DNA of 64,000 nucleotides from Octopus sinensis (lineage: Eukaryota): NCBI RefSeq assembly GCF_006345805.1, contig NC_043003.1:18166001-18230000 (forward strand), in the 5' to 3' direction. The stretch's first letter is position 1, and every line of letters begins with the position of its first letter. Below, piece after piece: positions 24,539 through 36,827 of the stretch. Made by a program: the position numbers and the translations under genes. The notes below the pieces were generated by a model, which was not told the origin of the DNA, did no database searches, and saw nothing but the letters and a program-made list of their open reading frames with translations.

Positions 24539-25350
24539 TCAGTCATTTTGACTGTGGCCATGCTGGAGCAGCACCTTTTTTTTTAGTCGAGCAAATCGAC
24601 CCCAGGACTTATTCTTTGTAAGCCTAGTACTTATTCTATCGGTCTTTTTTGCCGAACCGCTAAGTTACGGGGACGTAAACACACCAGCATCGGTTGTCAA
24701 GCTATATTGGGGGATGACAAACACAGACACACAAACATATACACACACACATAATATATACATACATATATACGGCAGGATTCTTTCAGTTTCTGTCTAC
24801 CAAATCCACTCACAAGGTTTTGGTCGGCCCAAGGCTATAGTAGAAGACACTTGCCCAAGGTGCCACGCAGTGGGACTGAACCCAGAACCATGTGGTTGGT
24901 AAGCAAGCTACATACCACACAGCCACTCCTGCGCCTATTATATATATATATACACACACACACATACACACAATAGGCTTTCTCACAGTTTCCATCTTTG
25001 GTTGGTCCAAGGCTGTAGTGGAAGACACTTGCACAAAATGCCATGCAGTGGGACTGAATCCAAAACCATATGGTTGCAAAGCAAACTTCTTAACCACACA
25101 CCGTGCCTGCACCTAGGGTTAGGGAGTGATGTAAATGACTACTTCCCTCCCCCAAATGTCAAGGTTCACACATATCCGTGTATGCACATGCACACACGTG
25201 CACACCACACTTCTTGCAGTTCCTGTCCACCAAATTCCTTCACAAGGCATTGGTCAGCTTGGGGCTACAGAAAAAAGAAATTTATCCTAGGTGACACTGA
25301 GTAGGATTGAACTCCAAACCATGTGATTAAAAAGGAATCTTCTGAGCCAT
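24300..25350 (-). mobile_element. Cluster of SINE A copies (full length at 24530-24936, plus partials)
   Basis: Family A matches. Confidence 0.85.
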
Positions 25351-25384
25351 GAACCTTTGCCTGAACTTTTGTGTGTGTGTGTCT

Positions 25385-25671
25385 TCTTTTTCTTCTTACA
25401 GCATTCACCCAGGGTGGGTTGACCTGGCTTCATTCATCCTTAATGCTGCATCTCTCACAAACGCCGACGAGGCCTGGCGATTTGAGGCTAACGACCGCAT
25501 GATCTCCAACCACTCCTTATTCCAGCGGCGAATGCCGTAGATATGGGGGCCTAGGTTGGGTTCCAGATCAGCCTTGACCATCATCAGCCAGGTTTTTCGT
25601 TGTCCACCACATCGCTTTCGCCAACCCTGAAGGGGAGCTGGGGCAATTGCTTCGTAGATGAATTCTCCTGG
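25385..25671 (-). mobile_element. RTE-clade LINE 3' end
   Basis: 25671-25405 translates to ...GWRKRCGGQRKTWLMMVKADLEPNLGPHIYGIRRWNKEW...STHPG*, an RTE ORF C-terminus; AAG-rich tail. Confidence 0.85.
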
Positions 25672-27202
25672 TTGTTTTTGTATGTGTGGTGTTCCTTCAT
25701 GTTGTGTCCAACGGATTATCCTACTGCGAAGTGTTAGCTAAGGAGATCAACAACAAAATAATCACCTGACTAGAATAAGTATTAGAGGGTCTGTATGACT
25801 GACTAAAACTGTTACAGCCAATGTGTTCCAGCATGGCCAGAATTCAATTAAAGAACACTATATGTATATGTATGCTAGCAATTGTATAAATGTATGGCAG
25901 TGTACTCTTACATCACAATAGCTGTTTTCTGACTGGGTACTATTTATATCCACCCTCTTCCAACCCCTGTCTCTTGTCCTCTTTCTCTCTCTCAGCCTCT
26001 CTATCTATCTATCTATCTATGTGTCTATCTGAATCTGTGTCCCTCTCATTATGATCTACTTAGAGAGCTGCTTCCTGAAACCAGATAAGGGTTTGACCTC
26101 ACATTTTATTTTCAAAGACGTTTTTATCCCAACATTATACTGCATAATACCGCACTGAGCTAATTCAGTTTCTCCATTTACTTGGTTGCCTAACAATGCT
26201 GTACTATTGGCATAATAGCAAACTGATACTTACCATAATTAGTTGATAACTTGATATTCTATACTTCAAATTCTGCTTTAAGTGAAAGTTCACATATACT
26301 TATTAATCTCTTTTTGTTGCCATATTTCTTTTGAAATACACTGCCTTTCTTTCAACAAATTTTGAAAGTAATTAAGAAATATGTAATGAAAACAAGCTGC
26401 TGAAAAGGGGTTCCTCCATAGGATCTCTGGAGTAGGAGTGAAGACCTTCTTTGGTCACGAATGACCATGAGATTGAACCTAGAAAGTTCCCCTCTGAGAT
26501 ACAAATCCTAGCAAGGTTGTTTGTAGAAGACCAATAATTGCCCACACATAACAGTCTCCCCTCTCAATGCCACCAATGTTGTCCATGGGAAAGGTAAAGG
26601 CTAATACAGCTTGGCGCCAGTTATGTCGCAACTCATTTTAACAACTGAGTGAACTAGAGCATTGTGAAATAAAGTGTCTTGCTTAAGAAAACAAGGTGCT
26701 TGATATAATGTTAGAATCATTAGCATGTCAAACTAAGTGTCTTACTGTAATTAACTCTGGCCTTTACATTTTCTGAGTTCAAATTCTGCTCAGGTTAGTT
26801 TTGCTTTTCATGCTTCTGGGATTTTGGCTCAATTTAATCAGTTATACTCTCCTACTAAATATTTCACCTTGTACCAGTATCAGAAATCAATATTAATCAT
26901 TGCAATATTAGGCCATTTGACCTAAATCCTCTCCTACATTTTAAACTTGTAACTCCTGCATCGATTTTACAATAATAATAATAATCCTTTCTACTAAAGA
27001 TACAAGGTCTGAAATTTTGCGGGAGGGGACTAGCTGATTACATCGACCCCAGCATTTCACTGGTACTTAATTTATTGACACCGAAAGGATGAAAGGCAAA
27101 GTCAACCCTGGCGGAATTTGAAATCAGAATGTAGTGACAGTCAAAATATTGTGAAGCATTTTGCCCGGTATACTAACAATTCTGCCTGCTCGCTGCCTTC
27201 AT

Positions 27203-27235
<33 letters not shown>

Positions 27236-27837
27236 GCAGACCATGGCAGAATTTTGAACTTAGAACAAAGCAGAAGATGAAATGTTGCTAAGCATTTTGC
27301 TCAGCATGCTAACAATTTGTCCAGCTCACTACCTCAATAATAATAATAATAATAATAATAACAACAATAATAATAACAATTATAACAACAATAATAACAA
27401 CAACAACAATAATAATAACAATAATAACACAACAATAATAACAATAATAAAAACAATAATAACAACAACAATAACAATAATCCTTTCTGTTATAGGCACA
27501 AGGCCTGAATTTTTGTGGGAGGGGATTAGTCAATTACATTGACTCCAGTGCATAACTGGTACTTATTTCATTGATCCCGAAAGGATGAAAGGCAAAACCA
27601 ACCTGAGCAGAATTTGAACTCAGAATGTAGTGATGGGCGAAATACCATTAAGCATTTCATCCAGTAATAATAATGATAATAATAAAAGGTTATCTACTTA
27701 ATCTTGCTTCCCCACCACATGGTTCTGTGTTCAGTTCCACTGTGTGACACCTTGGGCAAGTGTCTTCTACTATAACCTTGGGTTGACCAAAGCCTTGTTA
27801 GTGGATTTGGAAGATGGAAACAGAAAGGAACCTATCA

Positions 27838-28243
27838 TAGAAGTGGCTGTGTGGTAAGTAGCTTGCTTACGAACCACATGGTTCCAGGTTCAGTCCCACT
27901 GCGTGGCACCTTGGGCAAGTGTCTTCTACTATAGCCTCAGGCTGACCAAAGCCTTGTGAGTGGATTTGGTAGACGGAAACTGAAAGAAACCCGTCGTATA
28001 TATATGTATATATGTGTGTGTATATGTTTGTGTGTCTGTGTTTGTCCCCCCACCCCAACATTGCTTGACAACCAATGCTGGTGTGCTTACGTCCCTGTAA
28101 CATAGCAGTTCAGCAAAAGAGACTGATAGAATAAGTATTAGGCTTACAAAGAATAAGTCCTGGGGTTGATTTGCTCGACTAAATGTGGTGCTCCAGCATG
28201 GCCACACAGTCACATGACTGAAACAAGTAAAAGAGTAAAAGAA
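27838..28243 (+). mobile_element. SINE family A, full length
   Basis: Family A match. Confidence 0.9.
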
Positions 28244-28476
28244 TCTATGCCTTAGTCCCCTACCACCATTTAACAAGTGGTGTTATGTTTAGGTCCCCAT
28301 AAATTAGCAGACTGTACTGGAGTTGATTCATTCAACTAAAAATTCTTCAAGGTGGTGCCCCAGCATGGTCGCAGTCTAATGACTGAAACAAGTAAAAGAT
28401 AGAAGATGTTCAGCAAAAAATGAAAAGAAGAAATTGTAAAAAAATTGTATTCTGTTCATTTTAACTTTATCCTCTA

Positions 28477-28878
28477 CTAGCAGTATCGCCCGGCGTTGCT
28501 CGGGTTTGTTTTCTTTTCAACCCTTTAGAATTGGAATTTTTGAAAAGTAAAAATTTTGCATTATGTAGCTTGTTATTCTCTTTAAGTGAACATTTTTCTG
28601 GTTGAAATACACTGCAAAATGGCGACACAGCAGTCAAAACAAACATAAAAAATAGGGATTTTCATAGAAAAAAAAGCACCTTTTTGATGTAAATAATTTT
28701 TGGTGTTAACATGGTCCGATTTTAAATTTTTCTTCTATGGAATGCAGAGCAAGCCTTCTTCTATCATACTCTCAATTTTGGTCAACTTGCGCTGCAGGGT
28801 CTCGGAGGAGATAGTGTTAGTTGAAGGCTACCAAATCTGCCACACACACACAGACAACTTCAGCTTTATATATATAGA
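28477..28878 (-). mobile_element. Non-autonomous Helitron (family E)
   Basis: 5' TCTATATATATAAAGCTG, 3' hairpin CCCGAGCAACGCCGGG then CTAG, inserted between A and T. Confidence 0.85.
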
Positions 28879-29522
28879 TTAGATAATTTGTCTATAACCC
28901 CACTCCCACTCCTTTTTTGTTACTTGATCCTTCAGCTTAAGCTAAACTCCTTGTAATTTCCCCTAACATACTTACTTAGCTTGCCTTCGTGGTAGCTATT
29001 AACAGCGCTGTTCTGCCAATTATTAGGAAAAGCTGCATGCATGGGGATATGGTTAAAATGTTCACCTCACAGCTATATGAATTTGACTTCCATCTTGCTG
29101 TGTGGCCCCCACAAAGGTAAGTTTGAGCTGGTGTAGTCTTGAGTCAACAAATGGCTTGTGAGTGAAATTTGGTTGACAGAAACTCTACTGAAGCCTGTCC
29201 CGTGTGTGTGTTGTGTGACTTAGTGGCTCAACTAATAAGCATCAATAAAATAAGTACTGGAATTAAGTATAAGCACTGGGGTCAGTATGATTAAATAAAC
29301 CCTTGAAAGTATGATTAAATATATCCTTGAAAGTGGTGACCAGTTTTGAGAGTAAAAAACCCCCCCAAAAAAAGCATGTAATAAGATTACTGTAACACCC
29401 CTCCACCCCCACCCACCCCTACACACACTATGGTTGTGTCTTAAAAACTATTCCTGTAAAATCTTTACAGCCTTTCCAGACATCATAGATTTAATTACAC
29501 TTGTCTCAATCTCCCCACTCAC

Positions 29523-29630
29523 CCCCACTTAATCCCTCCTGTACCGGCTGCTGGGATGCTGGGAACACTGCTTTTCATGGAGAAGTGGGCGGAGGTTGTG
29601 ATGGTACAAAGAGGGAGCAGACAAACGCCC
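29523..29630 (-). CDS. Candidate 108-nt exon, GVCLLPLCTITTSAHFSMKSSVPSIPAAGTGGIKW(G)
   Basis: Acceptor gatttcattttatttgacag, donor gtgagt; one open frame (phase 2-2); GC-richer unique sequence; protein not recognised. Confidence 0.4.
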
Positions 29631-29774
29631 CTGTCAAATAAAATGAAATCACTTGTAGACTTTTTAACACTCTTGTTACCATATCTCTGTTGGAATACAC
29701 ACACCGCCTTTATTTCAACTAATTTTGAAAATATGAAGAATCCAGTGAAATAACTTTATCATTATTAAGCTGGT

Positions 29775-30003
29775 AGGCAGCGAGCTGGCAGAAACATTAG
29801 CATGCCAGGCGAAATGCTTAGCGGTATTTCGTCTACCGCTACGTTCTGAGTTCAAATTCCGCCGAGGTCGACTTTGCCTTTCCTCCTTTCAGGGTTGATA
29901 AATTAAGTACCAGTTACGCACTGGGGTCGATATAATCGACTTAATCCATTTGTTTGTTCTTGTTTGTCCTCTCTGTGTTTAGCCCATTGTGGGTAGTAAA
30001 GTC
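29775..30003 (+). mobile_element. SINE family B inserted in a piggyBac-like MITE remnant
   Basis: Family B match; flanks match 37520-37700. Confidence 0.85.
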
Positions 30004-30113
30004 ATAGGTATTTTGGAACATAAATTATCATGAAATTTCAGTGAAAGGTTTTTCTGTATTTGATGGCATAAAAGATGCACAGGCATATTAGACACAGCCC
30101 AGTTTTAGCAGTG

Positions 30114-30531
30114 CATCATCATCATCATCATCATACATCCATTGTTCATGCTGGTATGGATTGGACAATTTGACCAGGGTTGGTAAGCTAGAAGGCTGCA
30201 CCAGACTCCAGTCTGATTTGGCATGGTTTTCTACAGCTGGGTGCTCTTCCTAATGCCAACTACTCTGAGAGTGTAACGGGTGCTTTTACATACCACTGGC
30301 ACAGGTACCATTTGCGTGACACTGGTATCTGCCATGACTGTGATTTTGCTCAGCTTGATGGGTCTTCTTCTCAAGCACAACATAATGCCAAAGGTCTTGG
30401 TCATTGCTTCTGTGAGGCCCAACACTCAAAAGGAACTCAGCCACTCTGCCTCCATGAGGTCCAACACTTGAAAGGAACTTGGCCATTTTGCCTCTGTGAG
30501 GCCCAACGTTGGAAAGGAACTTAGCCACTTT
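30114..30531 (-). mobile_element. D module with an upstream 3 x 42-bp tandem repeat (30406-30531)
   Basis: (CAT)n tail; units of the form gcctctgtgaggcccaacactcgaaaggaactcagccacttt starting at 30406, 30448, 30490. Confidence 0.8.
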
Positions 30532-30624
30532 GCATGTTCATGGAAAAATGATTTTAGTGCTTTAAAGTATATCAGACAACCTTAAGAGGAATTTTTTTCT
30601 CTGCAGCAGTAAATTTAGTTCTTT

Positions 30625-31000
30625 GCTTATCAAAAAACTGGAATCCAAGCTAAACTGATCTTACACCCAAATATTAAGAGCAGTCTTCAACATATCTTGG
30701 AGAACTCATCCCAAGAAATGGTTGTATGGAGATTTCCTGCCTGTTTCCACCATTTTAAGGTAAAAGCACCTGCACATTGTGGGACATTGCTGGCAAGTTA
30801 AACAAGAGCTGGCCAGTGACCTACTGCTAGGGGTGCCAAAGCATGGCCATACTCAAGCAGATCGTCCAGACACAACATATGTAGATCATCTCACTAGAGA
30901 CACTGAATGCCTCCCCAAAGACCTCCCTCAAGAAATGCAGGACCAAGATGGATAGTGTGTGCGAGTTAAAGATGTCCAAGCAAGCTTGACCAGATAATGA
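30625..31000 (+). mobile_element. Decayed RTE-clade LINE 3' end
   Basis: Translates, with disruptions, to ...ILRAVFNISWRTHP..LYG....VSTILR..LHIVGHCW..KQELASDLLL..PKHG....RPDTTYVDHL... Confidence 0.8.
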
Positions 31001-31387
31001 AAGCATGTAGTATTGGTTTCAAATTTTTGACACAAGGCCAGCAGTTTGGGGGAAATGGGAAAGTGTGCTCAAACACACACATAGATGCATCATCATCACC
31101 ATCGTTTAACATCCATCTTCCATGCTGGCATGGGTTGGAGAGTTTGACAGGAGCTGGCAAGCTGCATCAGACATCTGTGTCTGTTTTGGCATGGTTTTTA
31201 TGGGCGGATGCCTTTCCTAACAGCAGCCGCCCCGCAGAGTGAACTGAGTGCTTTTTACGCGGCACCAGCATGAGTGAGGTCAGATTTGGCATGGTTTTTA
31301 CAGCTGGCCAAAACTGATCTCACCTGTGCTGGTGCCATGTAAAAAGCACTGATATATATATATATTATATATATATATATATATATA

Positions 31388-31755
31388 CTAGCACTATGAC
31401 TCGCCAATGCTGGATCATAGTGCTAGTGCATGCATATACAGCTGCGTGCGTGCGCACATACACGCGAGTACTGTCCAAATCTCCGACCAATCACATACAG
31501 CTAGCTGGCATTCAATTGGCGTATCAAGTTTTGGGCATTTTGATTGAGTTTTGGATAGAAAATTCACAAAAAAGTCACTTTTATTGATTTTTTAATGACT
31601 TTGCAGGGTGACTGGGGAAATGTAAAGATGTGCACGACCACCCTTGGACAGTTTTGAATGACCATAGAAAGTACAAGCCCTCTAACTGAAAAATTGTGGA
31701 TTTGTATAAAGGACACACACACAGACAGACATTTTGCCATTTATATATATAGAGA
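31388..31755 (-). mobile_element. Non-autonomous Helitron, distinct family
   Basis: 5' TCTCTATATATATAAATGGC; 3' end has a 13-bp inverted repeat actagcactatga/tcatagtgctagt ending in CTAG. Confidence 0.7.
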
Positions 31756-32151
31756 CTAGCAGTATCGCCCGGCGTTGCTCGGGTTGTAAGGGAAATAACT
31801 ATATAAGCATTTTTAGAGAGTTATAGCCAAAAAATAGCAAAAAAATGCATTAAAAATTGAAAAAAAATTAAGGTAAATTTTTTTTTTAAATCGTTGACAC
31901 ATCGTAGATATTTTTAGAGAGTTACTTCCCTTATATAAAAGCGAAAAAAATGCATTAAAATGGAAAAATATGATGGTAAATTTTTTTTAAATCGTAGACT
32001 CATCGTAGACGCGCGCTAATACCCAGAAGGGCTCGATATGAATCATGACTATAAGATACCCGCTTTTGGTTAAACTGCACCGCAAAATGTGGGAGTAGTT
32101 ACGAATGTAAATCGAAGGGGACAGACACACAACTTCACTCTTATATAAAGA
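31756..32151 (-). mobile_element. Non-autonomous Helitron sharing family E termini but with a different interior
   Basis: 3' CCCGAGCAACGCCGGGCGATACTGCTAG identical to family E; 5' TCTTTATATAAGAGTGAAGTTGTG. Confidence 0.8.
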
Positions 32152-32152
32152 T

Positions 32153-32532
32153 GCTTTTTTTTTTTCAATCATAGAGTTAGATTTATGAAGGTCTTCAGTA
32201 GAAAATCCTTCGAATTCTGACTCGCTGCTTGATATAATGAAATTCGTATCCATTTTTTGTCAGAATTACAAATTTTGAAAACACAATAGGAACAAATTTC
32301 GGAAAAAAATCTCCCATAATTCACGGAATTAAAATTACACTTCGATTTTTGTACAAAACTGTATTTTAATTCACGGAATTAAAATTACACTTCGATTTTT
32401 GTACAAAACTGTATTTGAAGTGTTTACGAAGTATAATACGTGTTTTCACGAATGTACTAAAGAGATTTACTCTGATATTCTCATTTAAATATGAATAGGT
32501 AAATTCGGGCGGTTTGGTAACGAAAGGGTTTA
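32153..32532 (-). mobile_element. piggyBac-like terminus with an acidic N-terminal peptide remnant and a 2 x 50-bp internal duplication (32317-32416)
   Basis: Terminus ggtaacgaaagggtt as in the MITEs; MDTNFIISSSESEFEGFSTEDL resembles a piggyBac transposase N-terminus. Confidence 0.55.
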
Positions 32533-33647
32533 TATAAGTGTCGTCTGTTTATACATAAACACTGTTTCATACTTTCAGTTTAGTCTTCCTCAAATCACTC
32601 TGTCGCTAATTTACTCTCTTCCAAGAACATTTTCACTCACTGTTATCTGTTAGCTTCCCATACATTTTACTCATGTATCTATCAGCATGATAGACAGAAA
32701 CAAATATTACATCTAGTTTCACTTTATTCGTTGCACACTGTGTGTGTGCGTTTGCGTGTGCTGTAAACCAGACTAAGAAAAGCATTTGACATACACACCA
32801 GAATGTGAGTTTTCTGTAAATTTTGCTTAATTGGAGTTTAAATTTTAAAAACTGGACCTGGCATGACGTGATGCATTGTACTCTTAAAAATGCTAGGTAA
32901 ATTGTAATTGAAGAAATCCTATATTGTAGATTTCTATAACTCCCAAAGGGAGGCAGATAAAATCTGCCTTTTATAATAAGAGATATGTATACAATGGACT
33001 TCCATGCAGTTTCCATCTATCCAATTCACCCACCTGGCATTGATCAACTCAGTACTATAATAGAAGACTCTTGCCTAAGGTGCTACACAGTGGGACTGAA
33101 CCCAAAACCACGTGGTTACTAAACAAGCTGCTTAACCAAACAACCATGCCTGCACCTACCACGCAACCATGCCTGCTGTTACTGAAGAATTAATCAACTT
33201 CTAGACGTTTCTTCTCTTACATAATACACCATTATAGAATGTAAATGAAATCATTCTGTGGAGGGAAATTATATCTGGTTTTTTCACTGCAACACTTAGA
33301 AATATCATCTTACATAGAAATAACTCACTCTTCTTGAAGCAAGAGTGGGATGGCGGGGGGGAGGGGGCTTTCTTTCTCACTCTCTTTGTTCTTTAATCTA
33401 AATATGCCACTAATTTATGTCAAGAGGCACCTTATTCTTCGGTTAACATGGCTCTCTGTCTTGACAGAAGAAAGAAAAGTTTGCTTGTCAGTCTCGCCTG
33501 ATTAGTGAGCAGATTGGCTGGCTGGTTCTTTGAAGTTGGAGTTACATATAGGGTGGGTGGCTGTTATTTGTTAAACACTACACAGAACTTTGTCCCTTCC
33601 ACTATAGCTTATATTAATATCACCATCATCAACAGCAGCAGCAGCAA

Positions 33648-33850
33648 GTGGAGGCGCAATGGCCCAGTGGTTAGGACAGCGGACTCGCGGTCGGAGGATC
33701 ACGGTTTCGATTCCCAGACCGGGCGTTGTGTGTGTTTATTGAGCAAAAACACCTAAATGCTTCACAAGGCTCCGGCAGGAGGTGGTGGCGACCCCTGTTG
33801 TACTCTTTCGCTCCAACTTTCTCTCATTCTTTCTTCCTGTTTCTTGTCCC
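33648..33850 (+). mobile_element. SINE family H (5' part)
   Basis: A box TGGCCCAGTGG, B box GGTTTCGATTCC. Confidence 0.85.
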
Positions 33851-34035
33851 CGACTTCCTACGCAACCGGCGAGCTTGATGCGCATTCATCCATCCGTCGA
33901 TGCTCTCGGTGTCGGGGGTTGACCTGCTTTCTCTTCTGTGGGTCTTACGAATAGCAAAGGACCACGTTTCGAACTTCTCCCACTACAGACATGGGACGAA
34001 GACCGCTTCGCTCAACAAACAAACAAACAAACAAG
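33850..34035 (+). mobile_element. Probable non-LTR retrotransposon 3' UTR with (AAAC)n tail
   Basis: GC-richer segment ending cttcgctcaacaaacaaacaaac; single copy, clade unknown. Confidence 0.5.
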
Positions 34036-34061
34036 TAGCAGCAGCAACACCATCAACAATA

Positions 34062-34455
34062 GCGCAGGAGTGGCTGTATGGTAAGTAGCTTGCTTACCAA
34101 CCACATGGTTCCGGGTTCAGTCCCACTGCGTGGCACCTTGGACAAGTGTCTTCTACTATCGCCACGGGCCGACCAAAGACTTGTGAGTGGATTTGGTAGA
34201 CAGAAACTGAAAGAAGCCCGTCGTATATGTATATATATATATATATATATGTATGTATATGTTTGTGTTTGTCCCCCCAACATCACTTGACAACCGATGC
34301 TGGTATGTTTATGTCCCCGTAACCTAGCAGTTCGGCAAAAGGGACCGATAAAATAAGTACTAGGCTTACAAAGAATAAGTCCTGGGGTCGATTTGCTTGA
34401 CTAAAGACGATGTTCCAGCATGGCCGCAGTTAAATGACTGAAACAAGTAAAAGAA
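34062..34455 (+). mobile_element. SINE family A, full length
   Basis: Family A match. Confidence 0.9.
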
Positions 34456-34749
34456 TAATAGCAACAACATCATCATTATCATCTTTTAACGTTGGCATGA
34501 GTTAAATGGTTTTACAGGATCTGATGGGTCTGGGGACTTCATTGTGCTTCAGTGTCTGTTTTGGCTTGGTTTCTATGGCTGGATGCCCTTCCTAACACCA
34601 AACACTTTGTAGAGTGTACTAGGTGCTCTTGTTTCATGCTGCCAGCGCTAGTGAGGTTGCCATGCAGCTTGTAATACTAAGATTGTTGCTGACTGATTGG
34701 GGCTGCAGTAGAAAGAAAGGCAGCTTTACGATAGTAGATGAGAGGTTAA

Positions 34750-35016
34750 CCCTTTCGTTACCAACCCGGCTGAAACTAGCTCTGGCTTTGAATACAAATG
34801 TCTTTGTTTTCACAAGTTTTGAATTAAAATCTTCCACCAATCTTAGTCACAATTTATATTCCTAACACTAGCTGAATGATCTGCCAGTCTGATCTGGCAG
34901 TGTGTTCTACAGCTGGATGCCCTTCCTAACAAAGTTATTTTACTAAATTCTTTGTTATATTTAAAGTAATTGGAAGAAACACAGAGCATCTCAACAGAAA
35001 TACAGTATCGAAAGGG
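34750..35016. mobile_element. piggyBac-like MITE containing a D fragment
   Basis: TTAA-CCCTTTCGTTACC ... GTATCGAAAGGG; inverted homolog of 14866-15085. Confidence 0.75.
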
Positions 35017-35113
35017 GTAAAGAACAAAAGAAGGATGCTACATTAGTATTTATAGTAATATCTCACTTGACAAGGACCCAGGTTTACAAGTTTTTGTTTT
35101 TTTTCAAGCACAA

Positions 35114-35575
35114 GACCCAAATTTTGAGCAAAGTGCAAAAGTTTCTACTGCCATAACAAATGCTTCTGCATGTAATGAGAAATTTATAGAGAACAAAAAA
35201 GAAGCCTCTTCTAAGCAAATAACTCTAGACTTGTTTTTAAAATGAAATCTACAAGAGCTTGTGAATCAGCAATCATATCTACAATTGATGGTGTGTGTGA
35301 GTCAAGTGCGAGTGAATGTGATTCAGAACACGATTATAGTAATAATAATTTTTTCTTTTTTATAAATGATCTTGACACTCTTATTACTTTACATAAAATA
35401 TTCTTTACATTCTACTGTTGTTTTATTGCCATTTATATATTTATGAGTATTATAAATTTTACAGGTAAAATATTCTTCTGAGAATGAATCACTATTTATA
35501 ATATTGTTAGTATGGAAAATTATTGCTCTGCTTTATGAGTTTTCACTTTATGAGCAGTCTCTGGGAACAAAGTAA
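35114..35575 (+). mobile_element. Tigger/pogo transposase C-terminal remnant
   Basis: 35114-35245 = DPNFEQSAKVSTAITNASACNEKFIENKKEASSKQITLDLFLK*, matching the Tigger C-terminal DPN.ERS.KV...CY.E...EKK....Q..LD.F.K pattern. Confidence 0.7.
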
Positions 35576-35762
35576 CTTATACATATTGGCGTAGGAGTGG
35601 CTGTGTGGTAAGTAGCTTGCTTACCAACCACATGGTTCCAGGTTCTGTCCCACTGCGTGGCATCTTGGGCAAGTGTCTTCTACTATAGCCTTGGGCCGAC
35701 CAAAGCCCTATGAGTGGATTTGGTAGACGGAAACTGAAAGAAGCCCGTCGTGTGTGTGTGTG

Positions 35763-35817
<55 letters not shown>

Positions 35818-36022
35818 ATATGTTTGTGTTTGTCCCCCCAACATCACTTGACAACTGATGTTGATGTGTTTACATGCCTTCTACCTGGTTTCATCCACAA
35901 ACCTTGAGTTGACCTAAGATTGTAATAAAAGACTGTTAATCCATTTAGTAGAAAAAGAGAAAGGTAAATAAAGGAAGCTTCTGTACTACAATGCTTCAAG
36001 TAAACTACAACACTCTTATTAA

Positions 36023-36254
36023 CACTCCAGTATCCTGATTACTCTTTTAAATGTAAAGCTTATTTATTTGCATTGTTTTGAATCAATCAGGCATTGTCTT
36101 GTAGCTTTTAGATTTCGATAATGTGATTGTTTAATTTTAGAATGACATTGTAGGGTAGGTATGTGATGCCAGAACTGGCCAATTTGAAAATATAAAAAAA
36201 AAAAAAACGGGTAGAATATTTGAGCCAGATATGGCCAGTTTAAATACTAAAGGG
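36023..36254. mobile_element. piggyBac-like MITE, second family
   Basis: ttaa at 36019-36022; right terminus ctaaaggg-tta; homologs near 4815-4975 and 15337-15515. Confidence 0.65.
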
Positions 36255-36438
36255 TTATTTAAATTTTTAGCAAATTAGAAAAACACATTTCTAGTGAAAC
36301 GACTGTTGTAATCAGTACAGTTGATAGAGAATAAGACTCCTAATCTCAGGGTTGTGGGTTCGTACTCCATGTTGGGCTTGATGCATCTTTTAATGGCAGT
36401 ACCCCAGCATGGCCACAGCCTCTGGCTGAAACCAATAA

Positions 36439-36827
36439 TCTATTTATATAAAGCTGAAGTTGTTTGTGTATGGCAGGTTTGGTAGCCTTCAACTAACACT
36501 ATCTTCTCCGAGACCCTGCGGCACAAGTTGACCAAAATTGAGAGTATGATAGAAGGCTTGCTTTTCATTCCGTAGAAGAAAAAATTCAAATCGGACCATG
36601 TTAACACCAAAAATTATTTTTACATCAAAAAGGTGCTTTTTTCCTTTGAAAATCCTTATTTTTTACGATTTTTTGACTACTGTGTTGCCATTTTTCGGTG
36701 TATTTCAACCAGAAAAATGTTCACTTAAAGAGAACAACAAGCTACATAATGCAAAATTTTAACTTTTGAAAAATTTCAATTCTAAAGGGTCAAAACAAAC
36801 CCGAGCAACGCCAGGCGATATTGCTAG
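36439..36827 (+). mobile_element. Non-autonomous Helitron (family E)
   Basis: TC start, CCCG..CAGG hairpin, CTAG end, A^T site. Confidence 0.85.

Noticed and set aside
26234-26275. Minus-strand 42-nt exon candidate ending ATG|gtaagt; atacttacc also resembles the U1 5' end
   Set aside because: The acceptor is weak and no further U1 similarity follows.
33347-33367. Potential G-quadruplex gggatggcgggggggagggggc
   Set aside because: An isolated motif with no supporting context; expected by chance.
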